From positions 348,406 to 412,405 of the forward strand of contig NMRA01000086.1 of NCBI GenBank assembly GCA_002633005.1: DNA of 64,000 bases, given 5' to 3'. A program made the translations under genes and the position numbers. The DNA comes from Phoronis australis. Lineage: Eukaryota > Animalia > Phoronida. Positions 1 to 14,200 of the stretch are shown in pieces (within the stretch, counting starts at the first letter, position 1; every line of letters begins with the position of its first letter). The notes beneath the pieces are model-generated. The model had not been told where the DNA came from and ran no database searches. It saw nothing but the letters and a program-made list of their open reading frames with translations.

Positions 1-319
1 CCCCCTGAACCCCCCCGTAGATCCGCCACTGACTAGACAAGAAAAAGTATAACGCTGTAAGTCCAAAAGGCCTTAGAGGGACATTCTCGTCCAGAATGAC
101 AACAATTTTTCAGAAAGTAGCGGTAGAGCGGAATCGATCCCAGTCTAACTCTACAGTAGTAACCGAACGATCTACCACATCCCAAGCGTTAAATTGCAGA
201 ATATTTTAGCGTATTCAAACACTAATAACATCGACCTTGATTTTAGCCAGTCTGGCAGTTAACGATGAGAATTTGCAATCTGTAATAAAATCACAAAATA
301 ACGAAATTTCTTGTTATAT

Positions 320-680
320 CCGGGGTCTAATCTTTGTACTCGAAATCGAAGTCCAAATGATTTTGACATTTTCCATCCTGCTGTAATACAAACTCAAGAT
401 AAGTGTCTATAATTTTGTGCTCGAGTAGCCTACAATTTGGTTTACGGGGAGGATTTTCCAGTCCAAGTTCGCAGGACCCTTACGTACTAGATTTGAGCTA
501 CAAAGTAGAGCTTTAATGCTGGAGTCATCAAGTGCAAACTAGGATGAGAGAGTCATCCACGTAAGCCACACGATATTCGAGCACAGAATAATAGACGCTT
601 ATCTTGAGTTTGTACTAAAGAGAATGAAAAATGTCTAAAATAATTTCGAGTTAGACTTCGAGTCCAAGGATTACCCCCCG
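320..680. mobile_element. MITE with ~105-bp imperfect TIRs, nested in an older repeat
   Basis: 320-427 is the reverse complement of ~575-680 (CCGGG...CCCGG ends). The flanks join into a repeat that is uninterrupted at ~8320-8600. Confidence 0.75.
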
Positions 681-2999
681 GACCATGGTCAAAGGTAATA
701 ACTTCAAGAAGTCTATCTCATTCAACAAAATTCCCAAAATTGCGTTTTCAGTCGCAAAAACTTTAATGTAGAATCCGACTTTTTGTGTAACATGCCTGAA
801 CCTACCTCGGTGCACCAGCAGCTGTAATCAGCTGTTTTCCACGAAACTCAAGCAACTGGTACATATCGCACTGGTTCAGACTTCCGTAGTTTCGGCCAAG
901 ATAAATAATCTTCTGAACAACAAGTGAACGTTGCTATAGTTTAGTATAGTACTACAACTACAGTGTATTGGTTATGGCAGTGTTACTATAAGTTAATAGT
1001 TGTAGCTGCTGCCGCTACTGCTAATTTCGCCTCTAACATTGTCAGTGTTATTTAATTACTGCTGCAACAATTACTCTCCTCGTTTTTCCAAACTAGACTT
1101 CTGAGCCAGAAAGTAATCAAATGATCGCTGGTAGAAAAATTCGTTTGCGTCACATCCTTAAAAGTATGGTCTGAGGCCATGGTTCGAGTCCATTGTGGCT
1201 GCCCCATAAAATGAAGAATATAGAATGGGTCAGGTTTGATGACAATGTTGTGGAGTAAATGGGAAATGATTGCCAAGAATGATGTTCAGTAGTTCATTGA
1301 AATTGGGTTGAGTATAAATGGAGTCCTGAAATTTGGCCTCTCTTCTTGTCTAACCGGATACGGAAATTAGGCCATTTTGAGATCACATGTTTGGGAGATC
1401 CTTCAGTAAAGTGGAAATTGTCACAAATCTGGTTTGGTAACGAGATATTTTAACATAAACTTCTTTAATCTAGAGTGAAAGAGCGTTCGGGTTCTTGTCC
1501 CCTCTCTTGCACTGGGGCTCATGTCGTGAATTTGTGAGTTTATGTAAAAGGCCAAAATCGCAATTTTGGTCGCATTTTGGCATCTCAATTTTTTCCGGTG
1601 GACGTAGCAAGGTCTTTTCAGTGAGAAACCCCATCCATTGTGCTTTCGGTAAGTTACGCCTTTTTATGGCGTCTTGAGAGAGGGCGTAACAAAGGCTTTC
1701 ATTAGGTTGACCCAGACCAATGAAAACCTCAAAATCAGCCACTACTGAGGTCTCTGTCCTGTCTAACACGGGAACTAGGGCCCGTTTCATGAAAACTGAC
1801 TTAATACTTGAGACCGGAAAACTGTCTAAGATCACTAAGTTAAGACCGATGACAAAAATTCATGAACACGAAGTCGGATTTTGGCCTTCCGGCGGGTCTT
1901 ACTTTAGACAGAAATTAAGTCAGTCTTTGGCATAGGTGAGCATACAAACTGCGCTTTCACCACCTGTTGCTAAATCACAAAACTGCATGCTAAGAATTGT
2001 ACGATGGTACTTGGCTTATCTCAAAACCCAACTGGTGCCTGGTGGTTTAGTTATTGGCCCAATAATGTTGCACATCCACCCAGCAGAATTAACGTGAACA
2101 ATATCATTGCAACATTGAACAAACGTTTTCAAGTTGTAAAAGATACATTTCTTGTCCAGTTTTGAAAATTCAGAAAACCTAACCACGCATCCTTTTCACG
2201 AACTATTCAAATATGCTATTTACAAACTTTCAAAAGTTTTGAATACGTCAATTCCAGAGGAGCGGATTTGCTGATTTTTTGCATCACCTGGCATGGGGGG
2301 CGCAGCACTAAAAAAGTGGTGGCTAAAGCCCCCATCACCCTATGGTGGGCCACCCACGCCTGGGGCCAGTTTTTTAACGCAAGATACTTGCCAGTGAAAG
2401 TCACTGTTGTCACGTACTTCGCTTGAAATGCAGTAGCGATAACTCGCAAAGACGTGCAATATCTTACCGAACCCACAAAGAGTAGCCTTACGGAACACAG
2501 TCCTAGATGAACACACCTTCACTTTCACACCCTTATACATAGCCTAATGGTGTCGCTGCTATGTACAAAGGGTGGTTCAGGTACTCAGAACGAAATGTGT
2601 TTGGCGCTCTTTATGTTGGCTACTATCCAAGAGTTGATCTGACCTTTTCTTTTCATCCGAATGAAACATACAATACAGCTTGTAAGCAGGGGCTCATCTA
2701 GGATTTGAAAAGTGGGATTCTAAATTCGTGAGAATGACTGAGTCGCCCGAAGCGCTATTCTGAGGCGCGCCGAAGTGAGGATGGTCAGGAGAGGGGGTTC
2801 CCCTCAGGTTGTAAGTACCTGTGCAGTTGAATAAAAATTATAGCGCTATAGTGTTTGGGGAATTTTTAACAATTTTGAATAAAAGACAGCTAGTCATTCC
2901 AACTTTAAACTCTGCGTAATATTCTAGAAATTAAAGTCCGTACCAAGAGAACTGACGTAGCTAAAACAAATTTTAAAATAAAACTCAATTTCGTCTTAA

Positions 3000-4085
3000 A
3001 GGCGAAGGCAACCTTTTCTCATGTCATTTTAAGCAAAAATAAGGTTCGCTGATTATGCCAGACATATTTTTCATTTATTTACTGCTTTTCGTAATTTAAT
3101 TAATTACTCGTCGTCTACTCCGGAAGTGACGTTTTGGGAGGCAAGAATTTCGCGCCAATTTCTTTTCATATAGTCTGACTGTGAGAGCAGTCGAGTCAGT
3201 CATTGTTCTACCTCGGTTGTGATAAGTACGGTCGTCGTTTGCTTTTGCTTACGAGTCAGTCAACATGCCACGCTGTTGCTGCGTACTGGGGTGTACTCGT
3301 TATCGTCTCGAGTACAGAGGAAGAACTGTCCCACTTGCCCGAGTGTCCCGCGACATACTACCACTGGAGGGCGATCTGAGCAACCAAACTGCTTACATCC
3401 CGCCGTTTGACTCCCTCGCCACACACCTGGCACCTTCCAAATAGCTCCACTACAAGTCCACAATAAACTTATCAAACTTAGGCTCACCAATCTGTTCATT
3501 GGATGACGAACTGTCGTCTTCACTGGGTGTCGAACTGGGCCTGTATTCACTCCCACTACTCAACATCGCTGAAGGGATGCTTACAGGTTCTGGGCTAGAG
3601 ACAACAGCACAGGGCGAATCACTGCTAGTTCCCGGAATTGCACGCAATTGGGTACGTTCGGAGGCACGAGTGACAGTAGATGAAGTGCCTCCACTCACTG
3701 TATGTACTGGCCACAGCTCGCGAGGCTTCCCGCTTCAAAAACGCACTTCTCGGGGTTGGCGACGGGGCACTGCCGGAAATCAAAAGGTATGGTACCCTTC
3801 TTTCAAGCGTTGTTTCGCAGGGACCTTCATCAATTCAGCGTACATATCTGTCATAATCTTACGGCAGGAAATGCTTGCCACACACTCGGTAACCATCCAC
3901 TGCTTTGTACGTTGCGTGGACGGGTATTGCTGCGTTCTTCACATGAACGAGCTAGCCAAGTACGGCGAAGTGTGTCATCCTTCGGAAAGCGACGCAAGGT
4001 ACCCAAAACGCGTGTGAGACGATAATGAGTACATCCCGACACGCAGCAACAGCGTGGCATGTTGACTGACTTGTAAACAAAAGCA
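3000..4085 (-). mobile_element. Degenerate THAP-domain DNA transposon (Kolobok-like) deletion derivative; right end lost in the N-gap
   Basis: TTAA|AGG candidate left terminus at 2996-3002. Inverted repeat 3240-3310 vs 4015-4085. Contains a broken THAP/transposase reading frame. Confidence 0.7.
3310..4060 (-). pseudogene. THAP-domain transposase pseudogene fragment
   Basis: MPRCCCVSGC..FPKD..W / YRVCGKHF / RLKEG-VP (THAP), then KFIV..ELFGRCQVCG..W*YVAGHSGKWDSS; several frameshifts and stops. Confidence 0.8.
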
Positions 4086-4576
4086 NNNNNNNNNNNNNNN
4101 NNNNNNNNNNNNNNNNNNNNNNNNNNNNNNNNNNNNNNNNNNNNNNNNNNNNNNNNNNNNNNNNNNNNNNNNNNNNNNNNNNNNNNNNNNNNNNNNNNNN
4201 NNNNNNNNNNNNNNNNNNNNNNNNNNNNNNNNNNNNNNNNNNNNNNNNNNNNNNNNNNNNNNNNNNNNNNNNNNNNNNNNNNNNNNNNNNNNNNNNNNNN
4301 NNNNNNNNNNNNNNNNNNNNNNNNNNNNNNNNNNNNNNNNNNNNNNNNNNNNNNNNNNNNNNNNNNNNNNNNNNNNNNNNNNNNNNNNNNNNNNNNNNNN
4401 NNNNNNNNNNNNNNNNNNNNNNNNNNNNNNNNNNNNNNNNNNNNNNNNNNNNNNNNNNNNNNNNNNNNNNNNNNNNNNNNNNNNNNNNNNNNNNNNNNNN
4501 NNNNNNNNNNNNNNNNNNNNNNNNNNNNNNNNNNNNNNNNNNNNNNNNNNNNNNNNNNNNNNNNNNNNNNNNNNNN
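4086..4576. other. Assembly gap
   Basis: Run of N. Confidence 1.
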
Positions 4577-5084
4577 CTCTCTGTCTCGCTCCCTCTCTCC
4601 CATCCCTCCCTCCACCCGCCCCTTCCCTAACTTCCTGTCCCTCCCTCTCTTATTCCCTCCCTATATTTTTTCTTATCAAACTAGATGTTGGGTGTGTAAA
4701 TTTGAAATAACCCAAAGTGCATGTATTGCTGTGAGTAGCCTCGTGCATCTAATTAATTCACACTCCCACATTTATCAACAGAAGGGAACGAAACAACTAC
4801 TTAATTTGGAATACTGTATTATTACTGTTGACATAGATTTACACATAAAAATGTGCGAATTAATCAATGCTCTGTAGATATATTTAACATTCGTCAATCA
4901 AACATACGGTTCCTCAGACAAAAAAGTAACAAGTGTCTGAAAAGTGACATAACTTTTGAAATTTCATCAAGAATATATCAACACGAAGAGGAGTAATCGA
5001 TCAATTTGTAACATTCCTGACAGTTTGCATTCAAAAACATTTTCAAAAAGGTCAATACTTTTTGACCGACTCAATCTACACACA

Positions 5085-5265
5085 TCACAATTTAGACGTA
5101 GATTCCAGGTAAATGTCGCTGCTGCAGTCACCACCCGGGTAGCGGATCTCGTGCGCGAGACATGGACCGCCAGGTTCCTTACCAAAGTCGACCAAGAAGT
5201 CCTTGTTCAAAGTCAAACCTCCATTCTCAATATCCACATCTATCTGAAGCATCACGGAACCTTGC
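5085..5265 (-). CDS. SELENBP1: SELENBP1-A exon 11 (terminal, -SKL stop)
   Basis: [11 protein letters not shown]...[26 protein letters not shown]; 181 nt. Confidence 0.95.
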
Positions 5266-8200
5266 CTAAAGAAAATGTTAAGGGTGTACACACGAGCTGT
5301 TACCCGCGCTAAAGTACATTAATAAAAATAAAATGAATAGACGGTACACATACATTAAAGTAAGAACTCGTTTTAATTTCACATTGGCTGCATTTGACTT
5401 CGCCGGGTCAGCAGGCTCACAGACCTATCAGGTGTCTAAGCCACTTGACCATGAGAAGTCAATCAAGAGGAGCCATCATACCATTCGCTGTATGGCTCAT
5501 ATCAGTTCTTTTCCGATTTTTAATAGTGTACCGTCTATGTTCGCCTCTTTATCTTTTTATTGCAAAGACAATTATTCCATTTACTATAGAAACAATCTGC
5601 CTTAGAGACGAAACGAACAAAACCACACACTCCGGTCTGTGCGTTACCATGAATATAACATGTTGCCAATCTTAATCCCTTTTTGTCAATAAATTTTAGC
5701 GGCAATTCATTGCCGGAATATCTATGATCAAAAGTGTCAAGTGCTCTTGATGTTACCAGTACAATATTCTCCCAACATCTGACCATTTGGAGGCACCTAC
5801 AAAGTATTAGGTCTCCGCATTGCATTCGATATACGAAAACGCTTTTATATAAAATGTGACTAATGTAATACAGAAATATCACATCATATCAGTTGTAAGT
5901 AATGCATTTAAAAATACACGAAATGTTACAATTATCAGTATTCATAAAGAATCAAGTACACTACAAGTCAAGACCTTTGAAATACGCCCTTCACAGTGCT
6001 GACTCTAGTACTCAACGTTCCCGTAAATCTATAGTGACTATCGTCAGACCGGAAGAATCTGTTTACCATAGGGTTTATACGCATATATTATCTTACTCTG
6101 CCATTTCCGGGTAGAACTGTTTATCCCATGGGCTAAACAGTGACGTGGTGATGTATAGTCTTTTGCCGTCCAAACTTAACTGGAACATTTGAGGTCCACC
6201 CGGCACACGTTTTCCATTCATGTATAGTGGAGTGGGTTTTTCCTGAAATAGAACGTTTTCTTCGTAAGAATCAATAAAAACTGTGAAGGGAAATAAATGG
6301 AGTGACGCCATGTTGTTTAACAAATTAGGCATGCATTCAGTAGATGTGAGAACCTTACGAATCCCAAAAACTTCACGAGATATCGCCATGTATTGCAAGC
6401 AAAGCATGTGATCACTCTAGCTTCCTCCGCGAGACTTTCAGATAGCAGGTATATCTGAATGTCTTAAGCTTGATTAGAGGCGACCTTGCATTTGGTTGTC
6501 TCATTGTTCTCTGTACTGTCTCTTAATTCATCTGCAAAACGATCTTCAAAAAAGCACGTGCCTAGCAACCATGAACACTTACCTTTAATTCCTTGTCTTC
6601 TACAACCTCTGTTGGCATGTCTTTACAAATCAGGCCACCGATGAAAATCTTAAAAAAACATTGTCCAATTAATAAGTTAGTCCTAGTATGTCTATAGTAG
6701 CGAGTTCGATATATTTATTCAGGATAAAACATGTTTCCCGATGTGGTCCCTGAAATCTGTCTAACAAAAATGATACGAAAAAATATTTGCGTCGAAGTTG
6801 CCTACAGTTGAACGCCTGCAAATCTCGTATGTCTATAATGCTTAGGCGTCTGAAATGAACTGTCCGAGAGAAGCCATTTAATGGGCATGGTTTGAAACTA
6901 TAAAGAATAGTCAGTTCTTCTCAAGCTTGTGAATCATTTTTGATCCGAGTAAGGAGCGAGGTTTTATAACGGTAAAGTTGTTTTTGAACATGGTTTATTG
7001 AACTTTTACAGTTTATTGGCCGTAGTTGATTGACTTCGCCGGTTCCGTCTGGTCATCCGGCTAACAAATTTTATTGATTCTAAGTGTATGCTTACTGTTC
7101 TTACGTATATCCGTTATTACCACTATGTCAGTCCCGAAAATGTGTGACGCCGTTTCTCTATGCACGGACAAACTCGCTAATCTCACGAGTTCGTACACAT
7201 GCGCACTTATCATTTTCATGTGAGTAGTCTTTGATCAGTTCAGTGGAAACGAACTGAAACGAACAATTTAAGAAGCCCTCGTGCCCCATCGTAACCGTTA
7301 CGCATCAGTAGAATACAAGTATGAATCGAATAAAACTTGCTGTTTTTTTTTTAATAGTATCCTGCGTGTTAACACGTTGGTCTACAACAAGGGCTTGGCA
7401 GTAGAAAGTGTGGTATTTTCTTCTACTGCTCAACAGGCAACACTTAGTTGGAGCAATGAAGCTGCCCTGAATAATTCAAGGCTACAATATCTGTCAAGCT
7501 GTTTTATAGCCTTGTTTTCGCGCGAGTGCTGGGAGTTTATCGAGTCAATGGCTGGTGTTTTGCTTTTTACATTTTTTCTCGGCTGTAGTTCTACAGGTTG
7601 CAATGTTTTACTTGTGTTCTGTGACTTGCAATTGTGACGGTAAAATATTGTACAACCTTGACAAGTATTTTAGCGACGTGATCCCCAAAGCGACAGTTCC
7701 AAAATGAGGCTGGTACCATTGAGAGTTCTATGCGGGACCGTTGCAATGCGGAAGAACGTAAACCACGTGACTAACGTTGTCACACTTGCAACATCATTCT
7801 TGTAGTATACCATGCATGACTTACCTGACCCACCAGTTTGGGATTACGGGTGTCAGTGACGTCGTATTGTCTCACGTCTCCATGGAGCCAATTGCTGAAG
7901 TAGAGGAAGCGGTCATCCATCGATAGGATGATGTCAGTGATAAGGCCTAGAATAGATTTTCAAATTTTGCTCACTCGTGTTTTAAAATGGCTCTTATCAT
8001 TATTCTGTGCATGAAATGCAATGAACAACTTGTCTCTTCAAGCTGGTTCGTTTTGCAACCGTTTTAGGCCTACAGGTACATGTGCCGTGGTAACGACGTG
8101 CTGACGAAGACAAACTAGTAATCTATGGCTTTCTAAATCGTTTACCATCAATTCTTGTAGCAACAGATAAATAATATTTACCTGGCATCTCAGGTAGCAT

Positions 8201-11200
8201 CCAGTTCTTTACCTTCTTGGGAAGAATTTGTATCACCTTCTCGGCTGCCCATGTGCCGTCCTATTTTAAAGCATTGCTTGTGAATTAAGACTTGAGTATA
8301 AATACATTTTTGGTCCGGTCAAAGGGACATTTTCGGCGAAAAAAATAATTTTACCGACATTAGAAGTAGCGTGGAATCGAGCTTAGTAGTTCCACTGTAG
8401 CAGTGGAACGCTCTTCTGCTGAACCTAATCCCACCCGTTAAAGATCAGAGTATTGTATTTTAAAATGGTAAAAACGCAGGCCTTGATTTAACGAATGTCT
8501 GACAAACAGGGAAATTTGCAATGAAATCGCAAAAGCACATTCGATTTTGTTATTTTATAGCTCTGGTCAAAGCAAATAACGCCTATCCAGTCCAACAGCA
8601 ACGCTCAAATGTGTTTTTCTGCCTTGAAATCTATAATGCCCTTGTAATGTGCAAACTTTCAGTAACTTTTCCTTTCAGTACGCCATTATTTCCTCTGTGG
8701 CTGAAAACCTATAAGTTAACGACATCCCCTATGTAAGGACCACTTGGAAATTTACGCTACTCATTTCTTTTATCAGTCACAATCAAATCTTTATCACTTG
8801 CTTAAAACAGTTTGTATTTCTACCACATTTTGACTAGGAAGACAAAGGCAACTGTAACAGCGAAATTTCTAACATATGATTTCAATTAATTTTGTAAGTC
8901 AGCAAATTACTGTGCTAAAACAGCAGTTCAAATATCTTGCTTTCACCTTCCCTTAATACTCACGGGTTTCATGAAAAATCTCATGATTGAAGAGCTGAGA
9001 GCGCACCCTACAAAACCCTCCGTGGCGCAGGGATTGTGCAGGAATCTAATCTCCAGTGGCAGCATGCCATCAGGTCCAAGGTCGATAGTTTGCTTCAACG
9101 TGTGATTTTGCCAGTCGTAAACGTTCAAAGATCGTCCGTATTTACCTAGAGAAACGAGATGTTATACTCTTCTGTCCGCGACAAACGCCGTACGTTCGCC
9201 TTACGATGGCGCAACGTGTCTCAGTTACTTCGTACTATCCAAAACTAGCACACGTGTTCCATTACCTAAACCCGGATAACGTTCCGTAGACCTAGTTTCT
9301 CTCACAGGCGTTCTCATCTTCTGATCGTCCCCAATACACTATGTAATACTACAAGGTATGACACTCCGGACTAGAAATTCCACGGGTGCTTTACTTCAGC
9401 CGTCCATAGCAAACACAAAACTCAATAAATTTACACAAAACAGACGTTCAACAAACCATGAGGAATTGTTCTTTCTCCCAATACCATTTACGGTGTCCTG
9501 CTTCACCGAGTTCGCAAAGCACAAAAATCTTCCCAAAAAGCTCGTCCGGAGCAACTCCTTGGTCTCGCGAAGGTCAAGGACGATACGGAATTATCCAATC
9601 GATGAGTTACAGGTGAACGGCAATTGCCGATTTGTCACGATTTCATAAACTTCCGTGACAAATCGGCAACTGCCATTCGTCCGTAACTTATCGATCGGGT
9701 AATTCCGTATCGTCCTTGACCTTCGCGGGACCAAGGAGTTGCTCCGGACGGGCTTTTTGGGAAGATTTTTGTGCTTTGACCACGAATTTCATGCAAACTC
9801 TGTAAAGCAGGACACCGTAAATGGTATTCGGAGAAAGGACAATTCCTCATGGTTTGTTGAACGTCTGTTTTGTGTAAATTTATTGAGTTTTGTGTTTGCT
9901 ATGGATGGCTGAAGTGAAGCACCCGTGAAATTTCTAGTCCGGAGTGTCATACCTTGTAGTATTATATAGTGTATTGTGAACGATCAGAAGCTGAGGACGC
10001 CTATGGTTTCTCTGAGAGAAAAGCGAGATCTCACCGGACGTCGCAAAAACACGCAAGTGGAAAGCGAGTATTTCACGAGTATGATTGGGAGCGTACTATC
10101 TTTTTCTAGCAAAATGGCGTCCGCTGCAGTGATTGTTTGGCGAGGTATGAGAGTTGCAGTGTGGGATTGAATATAGTATTCCCGTCCCATGACTGAAGAG
10201 TTTTAGTCACGAGTGCAATCTAATGCCTTTCCGTTCACAGAATTCAACCCCCCCGTCAGATTATGTGCCCATGTTGATAAAAACAACGATGGGTTTAAAA
10301 TGGCTTGACATGTTTTTATCAATGCCTGCTGTTACCTGCTGTCATATGCCCATGTGGTATTTTTGGACAAAAAGACACATTTTCTTGTAATATCGGGCAT
10401 TAAAAGCAATATATCATGCGACCACTGCTTTTGATAACTGGGCTTCATTTCTTCGGATCCCTTTGCTTGTAAATTGTCTCTTTGAACATCTATTTTTGAG
10501 ATGACTCTCGAAATAAGGTCGCTTTCCACGACTTGTGGTTCGGCAGTTATCGGCGAAACGACGCCACCTGGAGACTGCGACGTGTCTTTGACGGAAGTTT
10601 GCCAGATGCCACAGGGCGCTTAATGCAACAAAATGATCTGGCCCCAACTTCAGTGATTTTCATTTCAACACTTTTGCAGGAAACGTAAGATAATGTATGA
10701 CACTTTATAGGCAAGTCTGTATATTTAGCAAAGTAATAACAAAACTATAGACTTTAAATCGGTAAAAGCATATTTTTTGAAAATAGAAAGTGTGTAGAAA
10801 TTATTTTCTGACTTTATACCAATGTGAAATTAGTTGGGTCACGTGACTATGTCTTTTTAGTATATTTTAGCAAAAATAAAAGTACATTCCTAGCAAAACC
10901 AATATCAATGACATGACCAAATTTTGTTTCATGTAAATGTAGAGGAAATATCTAAAATTCTGTACAGTTTTCTGAATTATTGTGTCGTTTTCGTTTTATG
11001 CAACTTCTGTTTTTTCATAAAAAAGTCACATTTTTGACAGCGTCTCTCTTTCAAAAATGGAACAACTACCAAGTCCTAACAGTGTTTTGGAAAACAGTGC
11101 ATAAAGTATACTATCTGAAAGCTTCATGTGAATTCGATCAGTCATTTGTTCCGAAATTAACCACGTTTGAACATTTATCTGTTGTCCTACATACCCTTAA

Positions 11201-14200
11201 TAGGAAACGCCATAGCGTCATTATAGGGAGTTTGAGACGGAAAAACACACTTCTGAATATAGTACATTCATGTGGCATCAGATTCGTTCACCTAACGTTA
11301 GCGGCTATGAACCATTTGACTCAGACCACATACCTTTAAGAAATGTGTCTCAAACTGTTAGTTTGTCAAATCTGAGGTGATTTTAGGGCTTTGAGAGGTC
11401 TGACAGTTTGTTATGGCATGAGATCAGGCGTTACAAGTTGGCTTGTCATGGCGTGATATTTCACGCCGAGCATGGCCTAAGGAGTAACAAACTGTCTTTA
11501 TAAACCCTGAAGTCTTCACTTCTCATCTTTGAAAAGGACAAGCTGAGACCAACATTAGCGGTAGATTGTCCAAACCATAATTATTCAGTGACGTAATGCC
11601 TGTTCATAGCCGCAAGTAGAAACACGGGTTACCTTTTTCTACATCCTTTAGATTGAACCCGCTGAAGATAGCATTCGGATCACCCCACTCCGTGCTGATC
11701 ATGACGTTGAACTTGGGTTGATACCAGTAGTCATAGTTGAACTGCGCCTGGTGGCCTGGCTGTTCCCAGTTACCTTTCAGCTCCCACGTGTTGCTGTCTA
11801 TGAGGAAAAAGCCACCTGAAGGAGACGCATTGAAAATATTTTTTTAAGAATTTCACGAATTAACTTTCTATGGGACTGTCTTTCATTGTAAGTGCCGTCT
11901 AGACAAGTAACCGTCTACAAATTAGTATTTACAGATGTTTTGCGGTCACCAAGGAACCCACGCTTGAGTTTTTGACGAGCTACGATATAACGTGTCTTCA
12001 AATATCGAACTGGATGCACTAAATCTTGCTATTTTGTACGAAATCGTTTAATCGTTTTTCGATGTCGGAAATACTGGCTTACGCCAACGGAAGGATGGTT
12101 GGGTTTCACTGAATCCCATAATAGAACTTTCGAACAAGACAAAAATCGCGACAGCCGGGTGTTAGACCGCAACGTGGACAAGAACTGAGTTAATTTTGCT
12201 CCATTCAGGCATGAGATCCACGGGGAATTAATGGCAATCGGTGAAGATAAAAATTGATGACAACCAGGAGGATTAGAATGACGACAAAAGACTTTGAAGA
12301 GCTTAATAGGTGAAAGTCCGCAATTTCCACATTTCGAACACCTTGAGCTGCCTACAGGTAAGCACCTCGTTCGTCGTCGAAATAGATCTGACGGAGCTTT
12401 GGATGACAATCTCACATCTTCGGTATACCATAGAACTGACATACCAACTCTAAGGCTACGATCTGAGGATACCTCCATTCTGAAATTACCCAGGCGCACA
12501 AGACATACCCTTTCGGGTACATAAAATTCGTTTAAAACCCCTAACCAACACGCACCTGCTGCGTTCCTTTCCACATCACCCAAAGCACTGATCATTATGT
12601 TGCCATCGGCAAGACAGTGTGTGGTGTGAGGCGTACTTAGACCAGTCTTTTTGAACACCTCTTCTGGCTCATAAATCTGAAACAATTTTTGAAAGCCATT
12701 TTCTGATTTAAAAAGCGCCATAATGAAGTTCCACTTGCAGCTAGATAGCGATAGGGTAGTGTCTGGACAGCGATATTCATTCTTGCATGGACTTAATGCA
12801 ATGGCATATTTTCTAGCGTTTTCATGAATCCTTTTCTACCGTTATTTCGTCAAATTGCATCTCTTGTGTTCACACGATTCACTCAAAAATGTCTAACGTC
12901 TCAAAATGACTTTGAATGAAGAGAAGCTGCTGAGAACTCGTCATGGAAAAAATGAGTCGTAATGATGGAAAGAGCGCCATATATTGTTGTTGGCCTGTAG
13001 GCATGTATGAAAGCACGGAAACAAGTTTCAGGGAAAACGACTAACGTGGTTTAAACCAGAAAGCAAATTGCAATTTCATATCAAAAGACAGCATACTTAT
13101 TTTTGTACAAGTTTTACGTTTTGTTAAAGTTGATGTACCCGAGGCGATTAAATTTCAAATTAAATCAAATTCTTAATGTAACAAATCATCCCGAGTACGA
13201 AAATTGCCTACGGCACGAGTTCTTGCATTCTCTAACAATAATCGTAGAAAAATTCCATCGGAGTCCCCAGAAAAGCCGCGGTCGTAAGACCACCTACTTT
13301 TGCCATCATTTATTTTGTCTGCTGAAATAGACGTGTCAGTTGAAAAAAAAATGTAAAATTTTGTTTAATTTCCTTTTCATTCAATTCAAAACCAATCGAA
13401 ATGGTGAAAACAAGGATTCGGAAATTTACTTGACAAACAACCACATGATATGTAAAAACAACAGAGAAGTAAGCAAATGATAAAGGCGAAAGTTTGTTGG
13501 GGTTCTTTGCCATCTGTTTAAAAAACAATTGAAAACCCATCAAAGCAACTACTGTTTAGTGACTTTCAACACTTCCTCGCCCTTATGTTTTTTCACGGAT
13601 TAGATATATGTATACCTAGACGTACCTTCATTATATGATCTGTCAACGACAATAGGTTTAGATTAAAAAGAAATGTTTAAATTGCATTAATAAATGGTCG
13701 ATTAGCTAGGTCTTGAATCAAGAACTGTGGATTAGACATTTGAAACTGCTCGGTACTGTAGTTATGATTGAATGGAATAAAATATTTCGGGACCATGCGA
13801 CGAACTAACAACTTGGATCACCACTGACTGTGAACAGTTTTTACAATGAAGTGTAAATAGTTGTAAGGTGCACTAACGAACCTTGAAAATTCTTGGTTTT
13901 CTGGGATGAGTCTCCACATCCATCACATACACACGGCTACTTCCAAAGGCAGGCAAAATCAGTCTGTTTCTTTTGACACTGCTGTCGGCGAAACAACTGG
14001 AGCACGCATTCCAACCGGAATGATGAAGTTCGTCGCCAACATAGGGCATGTCCAAGCGATGGATGACCTTTTAAAGAAACAGATTATTCGAGCTCAAAAG
14101 TAAACCGTGTCCCGTTTCAAATCTAGACACCAACAATTATCAATTATTTGCATACTTAGGGTCATGCGCCTGTACTCGAAATATTGCGCTTTTCAAAAGA

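Noticed and set aside
3851-4615. 254-aa ORF
   Set aside because: Artefact of translating through the N-gap; only the broken THAP fragment is meaningful.
5085-5087. TGA at the end of a 'selenium-binding' gene read as selenocysteine
   Set aside because: SELENBP1 is not a selenoprotein. The paralog has TAA at the same position, there is no internal in-frame TGA, and I recognised no SECIS.
12029-12721. 230-aa ORF as a standalone gene
   Set aside because: Only 12556-12676 is coding (SELENBP1-A exon 4); the rest is intron read-through with no recognisable domain.
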